Shown here piece after piece: positions 45,381 through 56,109 of a stretch of 64,000 nt of DNA. The stretch lies in assembly GCA_000004985.1 (NCBI GenBank), contig GG738913.1. One strand, written 5' to 3'. Made by a program: the position numbers and the translations under genes. Positions within the stretch are counted from its first letter, which is position 1, and each line of letters starts with the position of its first letter. This DNA is from Naegleria gruberi. Its lineage: Eukaryota. The notes beneath the pieces were generated by a model. That model saw nothing but the letters and a program-made list of their open reading frames with translations, had not been told where the DNA came from and did not search any database.

Positions 45381-46045
45381 CTTTTATTAATTATTTTTTT
45401 TAATTGGGAATCATATTCAAAACTATTCTTACGAGGTCTTCCTCTTGGTCGTTTAGGAAGACTCTTCTTTAATTCTTGTTCTTCCTTCATGGACTCTATT
45501 GTTGATATGAAGAATGTATTATTGTTACCTTTGGTACTTATGACGGTGTTGTTATTATTGGTATTTACAGGGGTGGTAGAAGAGGAGCTGCTAGTGGAGT
45601 AAGCAAGGATCGTCCTATGATTGTTATTATTATTAATATTTACAAATGATGATAAAGATTTTGGGGTTTGTTGCTTGCATTCTTCCATGATAGCAACATT
45701 GTTATTATTAGGAACAACATAATTATTGGATAAATTCAGTGGCTGATTCAATAGTGCCTTGTTTAGATGGTGATTGTTCATTGGCCAATTGTTGTTATCT
45801 TCATCATATGATGGAAGGAAGGAATCATCCACTGTGGGAGCATAATTCTCATGGTAAGGATTATTATTGGAGCTACTTAAAAGCAGATACAACAAGAATA
45901 GTGTCTGCTCGTTTGTGATATTGAAAGGTGAATGGTTTGGAAGCATTTGTTTTGTTACTGGTACCATAACTAATAACACATTATAATAGCCATTTACTAT
46001 GGTATGTGAACCCTGCATTCCTACTCTTCTGGAAATATATCTCAT
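45137..46045 (-). CDS. single-AT-hook protein, family member 3 (3' end uncertain: ORF runs antisense into the 3' end of the neighbouring gene)
   Basis: ATG at 46043-46045. TLFLLYLLL motif. STIESMKEEQELKKSLPKRPRGRPRKNSF at ~45428..45510. The other two family members terminate 23-27 codons after PRK, so the true stop or an intron probably lies near 45380-45420. Confidence 0.5.
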   Translation of the reverse strand: MRYISRRVGMQGSHTIVNGYYNVLLVMVPVTKQMLPNHSPFNITNEQTLFLLYLLLSSSNNNPYHENYAPTVDDSFLPSYDEDNNNWPMNNHHLNKALLNQPLNLSNNYVVPNNNNVAIMEECKQQTPKSLSSFVNINNNNNHRTILAYSTSSSSSTTPVNTNNNNTVISTKGNNNTFFISTIESMKEEQELKKSLPKRPRGRPRKNSFEYDSQLKKIINKSYLKQNSKAFHFFISSTAFAKSSNKFLLNTHPHVIKALNIAPCTPPAKISCPTKNKFSRLDIGLPQRNTPSSLPTTLLKPM

Positions 46046-46151
46046 CCATTTTTAGAATATCTCTAACCGCTCAAAATAGCAATAGGTAACATATATGGCA
46101 ACAGCCAGATCACATTAATAATTCATGGCTAATACCATTCAAAAAGATTTA

Positions 46152-46496
46152 TTAGGGAGGAGAGGATTCATCCTCCTTGAAATCATGTTCCTTAAAATTC
46201 ATGGTTTGTATTAATGAAATATGATCTATGTCGCAAAACCTTTCATATTCTCGGTATAGGGCCAGGGAAATAACATTAGGAACGGTTTTTTGGTTTAATG
46301 ATGAGTATTCGTTAGAGAAATCCTCTAGATTTTCAAAGCTATAGCCCTCTTGAGCCACATCAGACAGTTTCTGATAGATGGCTCTTTCTGATGCGATTTT
46401 AAACATTTTTTTCTTTGGTGTTTGTGTGATATCTCTACAACCATTCTGTTCAAGAATACGAAGTGAAACACTAATGTGTAGTTTTCTAAAATCCAT
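46152..46496 (-). CDS. hypothetical small protein (114 aa)
   Basis: ATG at 46494-46496. Non-repetitive sequence with no family recognised. Confidence 0.4.
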   Translation of the reverse strand: MDFRKLHISVSLRILEQNGCRDITQTPKKKMFKIASERAIYQKLSDVAQEGYSFENLEDFSNEYSSLNQKTVPNVISLALYREYERFCDIDHISLIQTMNFKEHDFKEDESSPP

Positions 46497-46722
46497 AACT
46501 AGAATTTCTAATAAGTATTACCAAGTTTTTGTTTAGGAATGGTATCACCAATAGACAAATGCAAAACTTCATCTTTCATCCTTTGTAACGAATAGATAGT
46601 AGCGGTTAATTATCATTATTCATATCCAATCTCCCTCTATTCGAAATTGAAGTATGAAGTCACACTTTTCGATTCTTTGACTGATGTAAATTGAAAATTT
46701 ATAATTCGTGGTTCAACAACAT

Positions 46723-48006
46723 TTAAAAAAATCCAACCATGACAGGAAGAGCAAAACCTCCGATAGCTGGAATTCTGAAAACCTCAATTTCAGTAACTTT
46801 GAATTTTCTGCTTCCTCCCAAGTAGCTTCTTGCCTCTTCTGTTTCAAACTTGTATCCATTTGGTAAATGATAGGTTCTTCCAAGATTTGCATAAGATTCA
46901 CTTGAATTGCAATTGTTTACAATGCGAAGATCATGTCCAGCTCCAAACACACAAAGATCATTTTTGCCACATCCCATTGCATAGCTTTGACAAATTTGAT
47001 TTCTGGGTTCGAATTGCTTGAATGTGGAATTCTCAATTTTAAATAAGAAAGCTGTAGGGTCAAGTTTGTGGTCATTAATTTGCAATGCTTCCCAATGCTC
47101 TGATGTGAAACCGCCAAATATATTTCCATGCTCAGATTTGATAATTGAAAGAGTTGGTCCTTTGTAATCACATCTTGAATGGAAATCAACTGCTTGGAAA
47201 CCATCTCTACTTCCTCTATATAACAATTCAGGAGGTTCTTTACAACCAATTGCTAAATAAATTTCAGACATTAATTGATTAGTCAATATACACTCTTGTA
47301 AAATTAGAGAATCAATTTTGAAACGTGGGTCAATACTCTCAGCAAGTTCCTTTTTAAGATTTGTCAATTTGTACGAATCACAGACATGTCGCAATTCTAC
47401 TCTCTCTGAATTTGGAATATCATTTAGAACTGAATTTTGAAACCAATTGATAACATGTTTGAAAATTGTTGGATCGACATCAACGAAATAAACAGGATCT
47501 GAAAAGAGTGGTGATGGAGTTGCATGCATTGGTATCTCACCAATAAACATTTTCCCAAACAAGTTATCAGGTTCATTCTCAATAAATGGTTTCTTTGAAA
47601 TGGTCATAATAACTCCTCTTACATTCAAATGAATGGGTTTTTCAAGTTGAGATTCTTTCTTTGCAATAATGACAGGACAATGATTATCAATGTGATCGAT
47701 CAATTCACCTCTACACATCACACTTCCACACTCTTCACAGCTCACTTTCAACTTGGAAAGCATATTAGTGATACTCTTTGGTGCTGGAATTGCTGTAGAT
47801 TTGAGAGATTCTCCACCACATGTTGGACAATTCTCTGTCAATTCAATGCATTTAAAACAATACATCATGCCACACGCTGCATGAGTTAATGGATTCACAA
47901 GAGGAAGGTTGCAAATTTGACACAACAAGTTCTCGTCAATGCTGTTCAGGTCAACGTATTGGTAAACTGGTTCTATTCTCATTTTTTTGTTGCTGCTCTT
48001 TAACAT
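46723..48006 (-). CDS. RING finger / TRAF-type zinc finger / BTB-T1-like / TLDc domain protein
   Basis: ATG at 48004-48006. C3HC4 RING CQICNLPLVNPLTHAACGMMYCFKCI...CPTC. Second Zn motif CEECGSVMCRGELIDHIDNHC. FVDVDPTIFKHVINWFQN is T1/BTB-like. TLDc block ELLYRGSRDGFQAVDFHSRCDYKGPTLSIIKSEHGNIFGGFTSEHWE. Confidence 0.75.
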   Translation of the reverse strand: MLKSSNKKMRIEPVYQYVDLNSIDENLLCQICNLPLVNPLTHAACGMMYCFKCIELTENCPTCGGESLKSTAIPAPKSITNMLSKLKVSCEECGSVMCRGELIDHIDNHCPVIIAKKESQLEKPIHLNVRGVIMTISKKPFIENEPDNLFGKMFIGEIPMHATPSPLFSDPVYFVDVDPTIFKHVINWFQNSVLNDIPNSERVELRHVCDSYKLTNLKKELAESIDPRFKIDSLILQECILTNQLMSEIYLAIGCKEPPELLYRGSRDGFQAVDFHSRCDYKGPTLSIIKSEHGNIFGGFTSEHWEALQINDHKLDPTAFLFKIENSTFKQFEPRNQICQSYAMGCGKNDLCVFGAGHDLRIVNNCNSSESYANLGRTYHLPNGYKFETEEARSYLGGSRKFKVTEIEVFRIPAIGGFALPVMVGFF

Positions 48007-48457
48007 ATCAGAATGGGTATTTAAATCATCTCAGAAGGATTTTTGGCTATTGCCATTGTAACCTTCTATTGTACTGGAATCGATCGATGGATTCTCGATC
48101 CTATCAAAATCCAAAACAAAACCACTTTAGGAAGGACAGAATGAGAGTGTCCATATTGAATTAATTTCATAAAAGAAATCAAATATGCTTGTCGGCTGTT
48201 GAGGAATCTTCTACATTTCTTTTTTTCAAAGCTGCCTCTTCTGCAATAATCATCATGTTGCTTTCTGAATATCAAATTCAAAAAAAAGAAAAAATATGGA
48301 ACTACCAAGCTCAAAAAATCAGGTTTAAGTATTGTTGATTATCTTGATGAATGATGATATTGAGAATGCAAAAATTGGACTATAGATAGACATTGATGAT
48401 GGGTATATATTAATAAATTTGCATGTTGAAAATATAAGACATAAGGTAAAATATTAA

Positions 48458-48528
48458 CTCGAACGCCGGGAATTGAACCCGGGTCGCCAGAGTGACAGTC
48501 TGGAATGCTACCACTATACCACGCCCGA
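48458..48528 (-). tRNA. tRNA-Asp (anticodon GTC)
   Basis: Reverse complement is TCGGGCG-TG-GTAT-AGTGGTA-GCAT-T-CCAGA-CTGTCAC-TCTGG-CGAC-CCGGG-TTCAATT-CCCGG-CGTTCGA-G. Anticodon loop is CUGUCAC and the T-arm is canonical. Coding-strand TTTT follows the 3' end. Coordinates are ±1. Confidence 0.85.
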
Positions 48529-48709
48529 TTTCACTTTTCATTAACAATACCACAATATTACCGAAAATGCTATTAATATGCCAACAAAAAAATAAAATTA
48601 AACTTATGAAGATTAACTGGAATATTGGGTTAATTGTTACTGCCTCTTCAGACAAGCTCTGAATTTCAAACTGATATCCAAAAAAACACGTGTTTTCAAT
48701 TCAAAAAAA

Positions 48710-49597
48710 ATGGAAAATCTGCCCAATGAAATTCTCATTCACATATTTTCCTTCCACCAATTTGACTTTATTGATTTAAATCAATCTGCACCTTCTCCAC
48801 ATAATCAAACCATTTCAACTCTCTTTCAATTCTTGATGAATTTGACTGATGACAAGGCTTTGGATATATATAAAGGAGAGAATAATGTTACTTCCGATAC
48901 TAATACTAGTATTGATCAAGAACAATTTCCTGATTCCGATCGCAAATCTCTGCATAAATTATTTAATTATTATGATCCTAGTTCGTATGATAAGGAAGCC
49001 TACTTACTCTATCAGAGATACTCAAATGTTGATGTGGGTTCCATTAGAGAGGAGTGGTTTGAGAATGAGAATAGACAAAATAATATTGAAATATTGTTTT
49101 CATCATCAGAGTCTAAATGGTCGAATAATAGTGAGAGTTATAATGATCGATTGAATTTACTGCACGAATGTGTCAGAGATAAGAAGAAGTTTTTACAAAG
49201 TTTCAATATTGCCTTTATGAATTTGCTGATAGTGCATCAGACATTTGGAATTGGATTTTTGGGGCAGTTTTTAGTGAAATATATTCATCATTATCCATTG
49301 GTGTATTGTAATTTGAGTTTAGTTTCTAGGCAGTGGAAGGAAGCAGCTGATAATCAAAGTTTGTGGGAAGTTTCTACTGGCATGCTTCAACAATTATTAA
49401 GATTAAGATCTGATTTGGAATTTATTAGAAAGAAGCTGTTTTCTAGAATGGATAGTCAACTGGATATGAGTGCTGATGAAAATAATTATTATTCTTTGAA
49501 AACTCCACACGATTCAGGTCTGAAAAGATTTCAGGTAGATGAAAATTGTTCCATTAGACAAAGATTTATAATACTGTCGAGATATAATACTTTGTAA
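48710..49597 (+). CDS. F-box-like protein (LPNEILIHIFSF N-terminal motif)
   Basis: ATG at the start. LPNEILIHIF is the F-box consensus start, and the C-terminal LVSRQWKEAADNQSLWE is F-box-end-like. The stop TAA overlaps a GTAAGT hexamer (see findings). Confidence 0.55.
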   Translation: MENLPNEILIHIFSFHQFDFIDLNQSAPSPHNQTISTLFQFLMNLTDDKALDIYKGENNVTSDTNTSIDQEQFPDSDRKSLHKLFNYYDPSSYDKEAYLLYQRYSNVDVGSIREEWFENENRQNNIEILFSSSESKWSNNSESYNDRLNLLHECVRDKKKFLQSFNIAFMNLLIVHQTFGIGFLGQFLVKYIHHYPLVYCNLSLVSRQWKEAADNQSLWEVSTGMLQQLLRLRSDLEFIRKKLFSRMDSQLDMSADENNYYSLKTPHDSGLKRFQVDENCSIRQRFIILSRYNTL

Positions 49598-49632
49598 GTT
49601 TCCTTCTCACAATTTAATATTAATAAGAAAGA

Positions 49633-51135
49633 TTGGAGAAAAATATCAAAGGTATTCCTCAACTGATTGATCAAGCCAAGACTGAAATTATTGAAAACAA
49701 GCATACTGAAAATATATTCAATCATACTGTCAGCTCTTTTGTAGAATTGAAATCAATTCAAATGAAGGAAAACAAATCTAAAAGAAGAAAGCAAATTTTT
49801 AGATGGTGTGTCAATAATTTTTTGGATAGAGTTTGTTGCAATCCAATCATGAAAAAGGGATTCTTCATTGTTTTCTTTGGAGTGCTTGTGTTCTTAATGT
49901 ATGACATGATAGGAATAGTTGGTGATGGTTTAAATAACCAAATGACCCTCAATGGGACAATTGCAACAAATCAGACGATAGCTCAACAAAATAGTCGATT
50001 CAACTCTGACTCTTTTTTAAGAGATTTAACCATATCGAGTGCTTTAATATTTTCGATTCTAATGGTATTTCAAGAAATGGCTAAACCAGGAATGATACCA
50101 GTTAGTTTAACCAAGTTTTCAATCACAATCTCCACAAGTTTCATACCTCCTGGACATAGTTTTGCAATAATTTCAATGCTTAAAATAATACTAGCGATAG
50201 AATATTTCACTTATATAATATTTGGAGGAGTGGGATTGAAAAATGTGTTGGAAATTTCAATGATTTCGAACATGTTTGTGTTGTTAATGCTAGTCTTATT
50301 GTTTTCTATTGGATTGTATGACGTGCTGAAGTTGAAACAATTGGGCATATTGAAATTGTTCAGATATTTATGTAATGTACAAAAAGAATTCAAAGAAGAG
50401 GAATATTCACTTTCTATTGGAATTCTAGTGATATTTTTGAGACTTTGCATAATTCCATTATTGGGAATACTATTTTGGACTCTTTTCAGTTTAACAATAT
50501 CTTTAGAAATTCGTTCTTATTGGCCCTTAGTTGTTTCAATTTGGTTATTGCAGATAGTCGTGCAAATTATTTTCATTTATGAATATATTTGGGTAAGAAG
50601 AGAAAGGATTAACAAAATTCATCACAATGAGACAATGATTCCAGTGAATGACAGAAGACAACAAGGAGAATACGATGATCAACTAATAATTAAGAGGAGT
50701 GTTGAATACCCATACGAATCAAAGGTTATTCAATTATTGGTGTTATTGGCCAATTTGGCTCTATTTATATCTGGAGTACATCTATTGGTAACTCAACAAT
50801 TCGAAAAATGGTTATGGAGCTCTCCATTCTTTATTATTTACATTGGTATTTGCTTTTACTTTATTAGATATCTTCACTTTCTTACTGGTCATAATCACAC
50901 AATGCTGTATAAGGAATATAAGAAAATGCTCAAAACATACAATCATGAATTATTCAAAATTCACATAGAAAATGAAGGGTCTGTCTCTGAGAGAATTGTT
51001 TGTCGATTGAAAATCAAAGGTGAGGAGGAAAATTCAGATCTAAATTCAGCCATTATTCCACTGGAGGAGGAAACGGATGTAGAAATCGAAATGGATGAAA
51101 CACAAACAGATCAAGATAATGTTAACCTAATTTAA
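49633..51135 (+). CDS. multi-pass membrane protein (>=8 predicted TM helices); true start uncertain
   Basis: The ORF-track start is a TTG. The first internal ATGs give MKENK... or MKKGFFIVFFGVLVFLMY. Hydrophobic helices run throughout, and the tail is acidic. It may be a 3' exon of the upstream F-box gene. Confidence 0.5.
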   Translation: MEKNIKGIPQLIDQAKTEIIENKHTENIFNHTVSSFVELKSIQMKENKSKRRKQIFRWCVNNFLDRVCCNPIMKKGFFIVFFGVLVFLMYDMIGIVGDGLNNQMTLNGTIATNQTIAQQNSRFNSDSFLRDLTISSALIFSILMVFQEMAKPGMIPVSLTKFSITISTSFIPPGHSFAIISMLKIILAIEYFTYIIFGGVGLKNVLEISMISNMFVLLMLVLLFSIGLYDVLKLKQLGILKLFRYLCNVQKEFKEEEYSLSIGILVIFLRLCIIPLLGILFWTLFSLTISLEIRSYWPLVVSIWLLQIVVQIIFIYEYIWVRRERINKIHHNETMIPVNDRRQQGEYDDQLIIKRSVEYPYESKVIQLLVLLANLALFISGVHLLVTQQFEKWLWSSPFFIIYIGICFYFIRYLHFLTGHNHTMLYKEYKKMLKTYNHELFKIHIENEGSVSERIVCRLKIKGEEENSDLNSAIIPLEEETDVEIEMDETQTDQDNVNLI

Positions 51136-51418
51136 ATAATGTCCTCAGTTACTTATTATTCAAATCATTTGCTTAAGTGGTAAGAGGAGCCAAATCATGG
51201 AGAGTTGGTTTTTCTGTAATAAGATTATACATTTGAATTTCGATAAAAGAATGGCCTTGTTTTTCTTCCTCCTATTCTATTCGCATCATCAAATGGTATC
51301 ATCATCGGATAGAGTATTACATTAGTTATTCGGATTTATTAAATAATAAAACAAGTGATAAAGAACATTTGTTTAATACTGATACAAAATTGGTAGCTCA
51401 ATGAATTTATTTCTCATG

Positions 51419-54400
51419 TTAAGCCAAGTTAAGTTGTCCAATCAATACAATACAAATCAACACTAAATATACCAATGAAATTGCAGTTGCTGATGCTTCA
51501 GACACACGTTGACTTTTGGATGGTGTCACATTTTTGCTTCCAGAAGTTTTTGGAGTAGTGATACTCTTGCTTGGTTGAGGAATTGAGCCACCAGAAGAAG
51601 TGGATGGTGTTGGAGTAACTGTCTGTTCACACAAACCATTAACCAATGATTCTCCTTGAGAACAAGTTAAGGAAACTTTTCTAATTCTATTGTTCGAATC
51701 ATCTGAAATGTATAATTCACCTACTGAGCTCACTGCCAAACCTGTTGGAAAGTTCAATTGAGCACTTGTTGGTAAAGACCCATCTCCGCTCAATCCTGCA
51801 ATTCCATTTCCAGCACTTGTGCTAATAGTTCCATTGACATTCAATTTACGAATTCTATGGTTATACGAATCAGCAATGAACAAATCACCAGTTGAGCTAA
51901 CAACTAGGCCACTTGGATAATTCAATTGATAAAGTGATGCATTATTTCCTTCACCATTATATCCAGCTGTTCCATTTCCAGCAATTGTTGTAATTATTCC
52001 ATTCAATGAGACCTTACGAATTCTATGATTATTAGTGTCAGAAATCAGCAATTCTCCATTGGAATTGACTGCTACATAGCTTGGATTATTTAATGTGGCA
52101 CTTGTTGCAAGACCACCATCTCCACTAAAACCTGCAACTCCACTTCCAGCCACAGTGCTAATATCACCATTGGTTGCAATCTTTCTAATTCTATGATTAT
52201 TCGAATCAGCAATGAAAATTTCACCACTTTTTGAGCTAATTGCAAATGATTGAGAATTCAAATAAGAGTTAACTGCAGAAGAGCCATCGCCCAAACCACC
52301 AGCAACTGTACTAATCTTTCCACTAGAAAGTTTACGAATTCTTGAATTGAAAGAATCAATAATGAAAACGTCACCGTTCGAATTGGAAGAAACTCCACTT
52401 GGATAATTGAAACATGTACTTGTGGCTGCCAATCCATCACCATTGAAACCAATCGCTCCACTTCCAGCAATGGTTGAAATGTATCCATTCGCAGCTACCT
52501 TTCTAACTCGTTGATTGTATTGGTCAGAAATATAAATTTCTCCAGAGTTTCCAATAGAAATGCTGAATGGGAAATTGAGCTTGGCATTGGTAGCTAATCC
52601 ATTATCTCCACTGAATCCAGAAGTTCCAGTTCCTGCAACAGTTGTAATGATACCAGAGGATGAAGAAACCTTTCGAATTCTATGATTACCAGAATCGGCA
52701 ATATAAATATCATTATTAGTCAAATTGACTGCTACTGCAAATGGAACGAACAATTGAGCATTAATGGCCAACCCATTATCTCCGCTAAATGTTGCCTTAT
52801 ATGCAACTGTTCCATTACCAGCAATTGTTGAAATATAACCACTAGTAGAAACTTTACGAATTCTATTATTACGAGTATCGGTGAAAATCAATTCACCATT
52901 TGAATTCATTGCAATTCCATTTGGATAATGGATTTTGGCAGATATGGCCAGCCCACCATCTCCACTGAATCCAGATTCTCCACTTCCTGCCACAGTTGAA
53001 ATGATACCACCAGTTGAAATCTTTCTAATTCTGTGGTTTTCAGAATCGGAAAAGTAAATTTCACCACTCGAGCTCACTACCACTCCTTTTGGATTATTCA
53101 ATTTGGCACTTGTAGCAGAGGAGCCATCTCCACTGTAGCCACTTGTGCCAGTTCCAGCAATTGTTGTAATGTAACCATTCGAAAGTTTACGAATCTTGTG
53201 ATTGGAAGAATCTGAAAAGTAAGAGTCACCATTAGAAGAGATGAAAATAGAGTTTGGATTATGTAATCTTTCAGTGATTGCTAACCCATCGCCACTGTCA
53301 GCTCCAATAGCACCAGTTCCTGCTACAGCTGTCAAACTTGATTTGATTTTTGACAAATACGAACCAAGATACATGACATATACTTCATTATTATAATAAC
53401 TAACTGCAGAACCCAAAGGAGTTACTGAACTAAGAGTGGAAATTACATTAGTTGACAAATCAACTCTTCTAACTTTTCCATTATCAGTAAATAAAAGATT
53501 ATTTCCATAAATAATAGGATTTCCATTTGGAGAAACAAATGATTTGCTTGCTTGAACATCCTCTCCAAAACTTGAGGTACCAGCAAATGTTGAAATCACC
53601 CCACTTGCAGAAATCTTTCTAATTCTATGATTATACGAATCTGAAATGAAAATTTCACCTACAGAGTTGACCACAATTCCAGAAGGCAACCACAATTGAG
53701 CATTAACGGCCAAACCACCATCTCCACTCAATCCAACAGTTCCTGTTCCTGCAATTGTAATAATGGTACCATTTGTCAAAATCTTTCTAATACGATTGTT
53801 AACAGAATCTGAAATGAAAATTTCACCATTCGAATTGACTGAAATTCCACTTGGATAATTCAATTGAGCATTCTTTGCCAAGATGGAATCTCCATTAAAA
53901 CCAGCAGTTCCAGTTCCTGCAACTGTAGTGACAATACCACTATTCGAAATCTTTCTAATTCGATGATTTCTTGAATCTGCTACAAATAGTTCACCATTCG
54001 AATAGAATGCTGCTCTTGGTGCATTGAATTTGGCATTTGTGGCCTGTCCATTATCACCACTGTATCCAGCAGCTCCAGTTCCTGCAATAGTTGTGATATT
54101 TCCAATGGAGGAAACCTTTCGAATAACATTATTAGAAGTATCGACAATAATAACTTCACCACTTGAGGAATTAAGAGCTAAACCGTATGGAGAGTTTAAA
54201 AGCGCATTCGTAGCAAGACCCCCATCACCACTATAACCATAGGATGAGGCAGTTCCAGCAATGGTTGAGATTTTTCCATTTGTAGAAACCTTTCGAATAA
54301 CATGATTGGAGGTATCAGCAATGAAAGTTTCTCCCAAAGAATTAACAATTACACCATAAGGAAAGTTAATTTCGCTCTGTGTAGCCAATGCACCATCTCC

Positions 54401-54709
54401 ACTAAATGAAGAAGTACCAACGCCTGCAAAAGTTGAAACATCACTAGACGAAACCTTTCTAATACGCTGATTAAACGTATCAGCAATAAGAATTTCACTA
54501 TTCAAGCCTAATGCTATCCCATACGGATATCTCAAGAGAGCATTCCCTGTCATTCCATCACCAATTTTACTTCCACCTCCAATCAATGTTGAAATTTTGA
54601 CAGTTGGCAAGGAAGTTGAATGGACATGTGGAAAATTCATCATCACAACGATGAATGTAATGAGCAACCATATGGTAACGAGAATTTTCAATGGTTTGCG
54701 TGAAATCAT
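51419..54709 (-). CDS. secreted, GPI-anchored NHL-repeat protein (>=14 NHL repeats)
   Basis: ATG at 54707-54709 and a signal peptide. A reiterated ~50-aa unit ...G.GDG..A..A.LN.P.G.A..S.G...I.D..NHRIRK(V/I)S.NG.I.T.AG... (NHL/YD-type beta-propeller blades). S/T/P-rich stalk and hydrophobic tail LVYLVLICIVLIGQLNLA. Confidence 0.85.
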   Translation of the reverse strand: MISRKPLKILVTIWLLITFIVVMMNFPHVHSTSLPTVKISTLIGGGSKIGDGMTGNALLRYPYGIALGLNSEILIADTFNQRIRKVSSSDVSTFAGVGTSSFSGDGALATQSEINFPYGVIVNSLGETFIADTSNHVIRKVSTNGKISTIAGTASSYGYSGDGGLATNALLNSPYGLALNSSSGEVIIVDTSNNVIRKVSSIGNITTIAGTGAAGYSGDNGQATNAKFNAPRAAFYSNGELFVADSRNHRIRKISNSGIVTTVAGTGTAGFNGDSILAKNAQLNYPSGISVNSNGEIFISDSVNNRIRKILTNGTIITIAGTGTVGLSGDGGLAVNAQLWLPSGIVVNSVGEIFISDSYNHRIRKISASGVISTFAGTSSFGEDVQASKSFVSPNGNPIIYGNNLLFTDNGKVRRVDLSTNVISTLSSVTPLGSAVSYYNNEVYVMYLGSYLSKIKSSLTAVAGTGAIGADSGDGLAITERLHNPNSIFISSNGDSYFSDSSNHKIRKLSNGYITTIAGTGTSGYSGDGSSATSAKLNNPKGVVVSSSGEIYFSDSENHRIRKISTGGIISTVAGSGESGFSGDGGLAISAKIHYPNGIAMNSNGELIFTDTRNNRIRKVSTSGYISTIAGNGTVAYKATFSGDNGLAINAQLFVPFAVAVNLTNNDIYIADSGNHRIRKVSSSSGIITTVAGTGTSGFSGDNGLATNAKLNFPFSISIGNSGEIYISDQYNQRVRKVAANGYISTIAGSGAIGFNGDGLAATSTCFNYPSGVSSNSNGDVFIIDSFNSRIRKLSSGKISTVAGGLGDGSSAVNSYLNSQSFAISSKSGEIFIADSNNHRIRKIATNGDISTVAGSGVAGFSGDGGLATSATLNNPSYVAVNSNGELLISDTNNHRIRKVSLNGIITTIAGNGTAGYNGEGNNASLYQLNYPSGLVVSSTGDLFIADSYNHRIRKLNVNGTISTSAGNGIAGLSGDGSLPTSAQLNFPTGLAVSSVGELYISDDSNNRIRKVSLTCSQGESLVNGLCEQTVTPTPSTSSGGSIPQPSKSITTPKTSGSKNVTPSKSQRVSEASATAISLVYLVLICIVLIGQLNLA

Positions 54710-54907
54710 TTTTTTTATGTTTCCTAATTTGAACTATTCGAAACAATGATAGTTGACTGAGTGAAAGAGAATAAACTGTTGATGCACCTCAAATAAAGTG
54801 AATATGGACAAGCAATTGCGTAAAGTTTAACACTTTCAACAGGTTTCCAATAATCGCAAATCAACAACTAAACAAGTTTCGTCCAATTCACCCATCATTT
54901 AAAAAAA

Positions 54908-55957
54908 ATGGCAAATTGTAACAATGTTTCCCACCTCAACAGGTCAATCCTGGTGACAATTCTTCTATCCTCCCTTCTGTTCACATGTTTCGTCTCACTT
55001 TCCCACTCAACCATAACCAAGACGAAACTCTACGGTTTAAACTTTGCAGGTGCAGAATACGGATCAATGCCAGGTCGTTACGGCTACGATTATATCTATC
55101 CATCTGCCTCTGATATTAGTTTATATGTTGCCACAATGAATTTGAATGTAATTCGTCTTCCTTTCAAATGGGATAGACTTCAACCGAAACATGGTCAACC
55201 ATTAGATTCTTTGGAATTAGCAAGAATAGACGCAGTTGTTTCAGTATGTGCTACTCATGGGGTGTCTGTTCTATTGGACCCTCATAATTATGGATATTCT
55301 GTGAATGGATTGATTGGCACGTCAGATGAGCCAACTGAAAATTTCACAGATTTTTGGATTCGTCTAGCTCAGCATTATTTAGGATATGATAATGTGATTT
55401 TTGGAATTATGAATGAACCGCATACACATACACCACTTCAATGGGCAGATATTGCTCAAACAACTTTGAATGCTATTAGGTCAACTGGTGCTACTCAATT
55501 GGTTCTTGTTCCTGGAACTTTTTATACTGGAGCTCATTCTTGGACATCTAATGTTCTTGGACAATCAAATGCAGAAGCATTGAAGAATATTAAGGATTCT
55601 GCCAATAATTTCATGTTTGAAATGCATCAATATTTAGACAGTGACAATTCAGGAACTCATTCGACATGTGTCAGCTCAACAATTGGTTCGACAAGATTGA
55701 AAACTACTACTGATTGGTTACGTCAAAATGGATTTAAGGCATTTTTAGGTGAATTTGGAGCTTCTGATGATACAGTTTGCATGCAAGCTCTTTATGACAT
55801 TTTGCAATTTATGGGAAATAATACTGACGTTTGGCATGGATGGACTTATTGGAATGCTTCTCCATGGAGTACAACTTATATTTATGCTGCTTATCCCCCT
55901 GATGAGAATCAACATCCTCAAGTTTCAATCTTGAAAGAAGCAATGGGAGTAGTTTAA
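54908..55957 (+). CDS. glycoside hydrolase family 5 endoglucanase (cellulase), secreted
   Basis: Signal peptide. IRLPFKWDRLQP. Acid/base in GIMNEPH. Nucleophile FLGEFGAS. YLDSDNSGTH. GH5 subfamily-2-like spacing. Confidence 0.9.
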   Translation: MANCNNVSHLNRSILVTILLSSLLFTCFVSLSHSTITKTKLYGLNFAGAEYGSMPGRYGYDYIYPSASDISLYVATMNLNVIRLPFKWDRLQPKHGQPLDSLELARIDAVVSVCATHGVSVLLDPHNYGYSVNGLIGTSDEPTENFTDFWIRLAQHYLGYDNVIFGIMNEPHTHTPLQWADIAQTTLNAIRSTGATQLVLVPGTFYTGAHSWTSNVLGQSNAEALKNIKDSANNFMFEMHQYLDSDNSGTHSTCVSSTIGSTRLKTTTDWLRQNGFKAFLGEFGASDDTVCMQALYDILQFMGNNTDVWHGWTYWNASPWSTTYIYAAYPPDENQHPQVSILKEAMGVV

Positions 55958-56109
55958 TAATTTTAAAAATTATTAACAATAAAATTTACAATAAAAACTT
56001 GAATGTAAACTAAAATATCCATATTCGATATGAAGAACTATCAACTATTTAATGTCCACTTAAAAACATAAAGATGAATAATTCCAATAATTGTTTATTA
56101 TTTGAAGTT

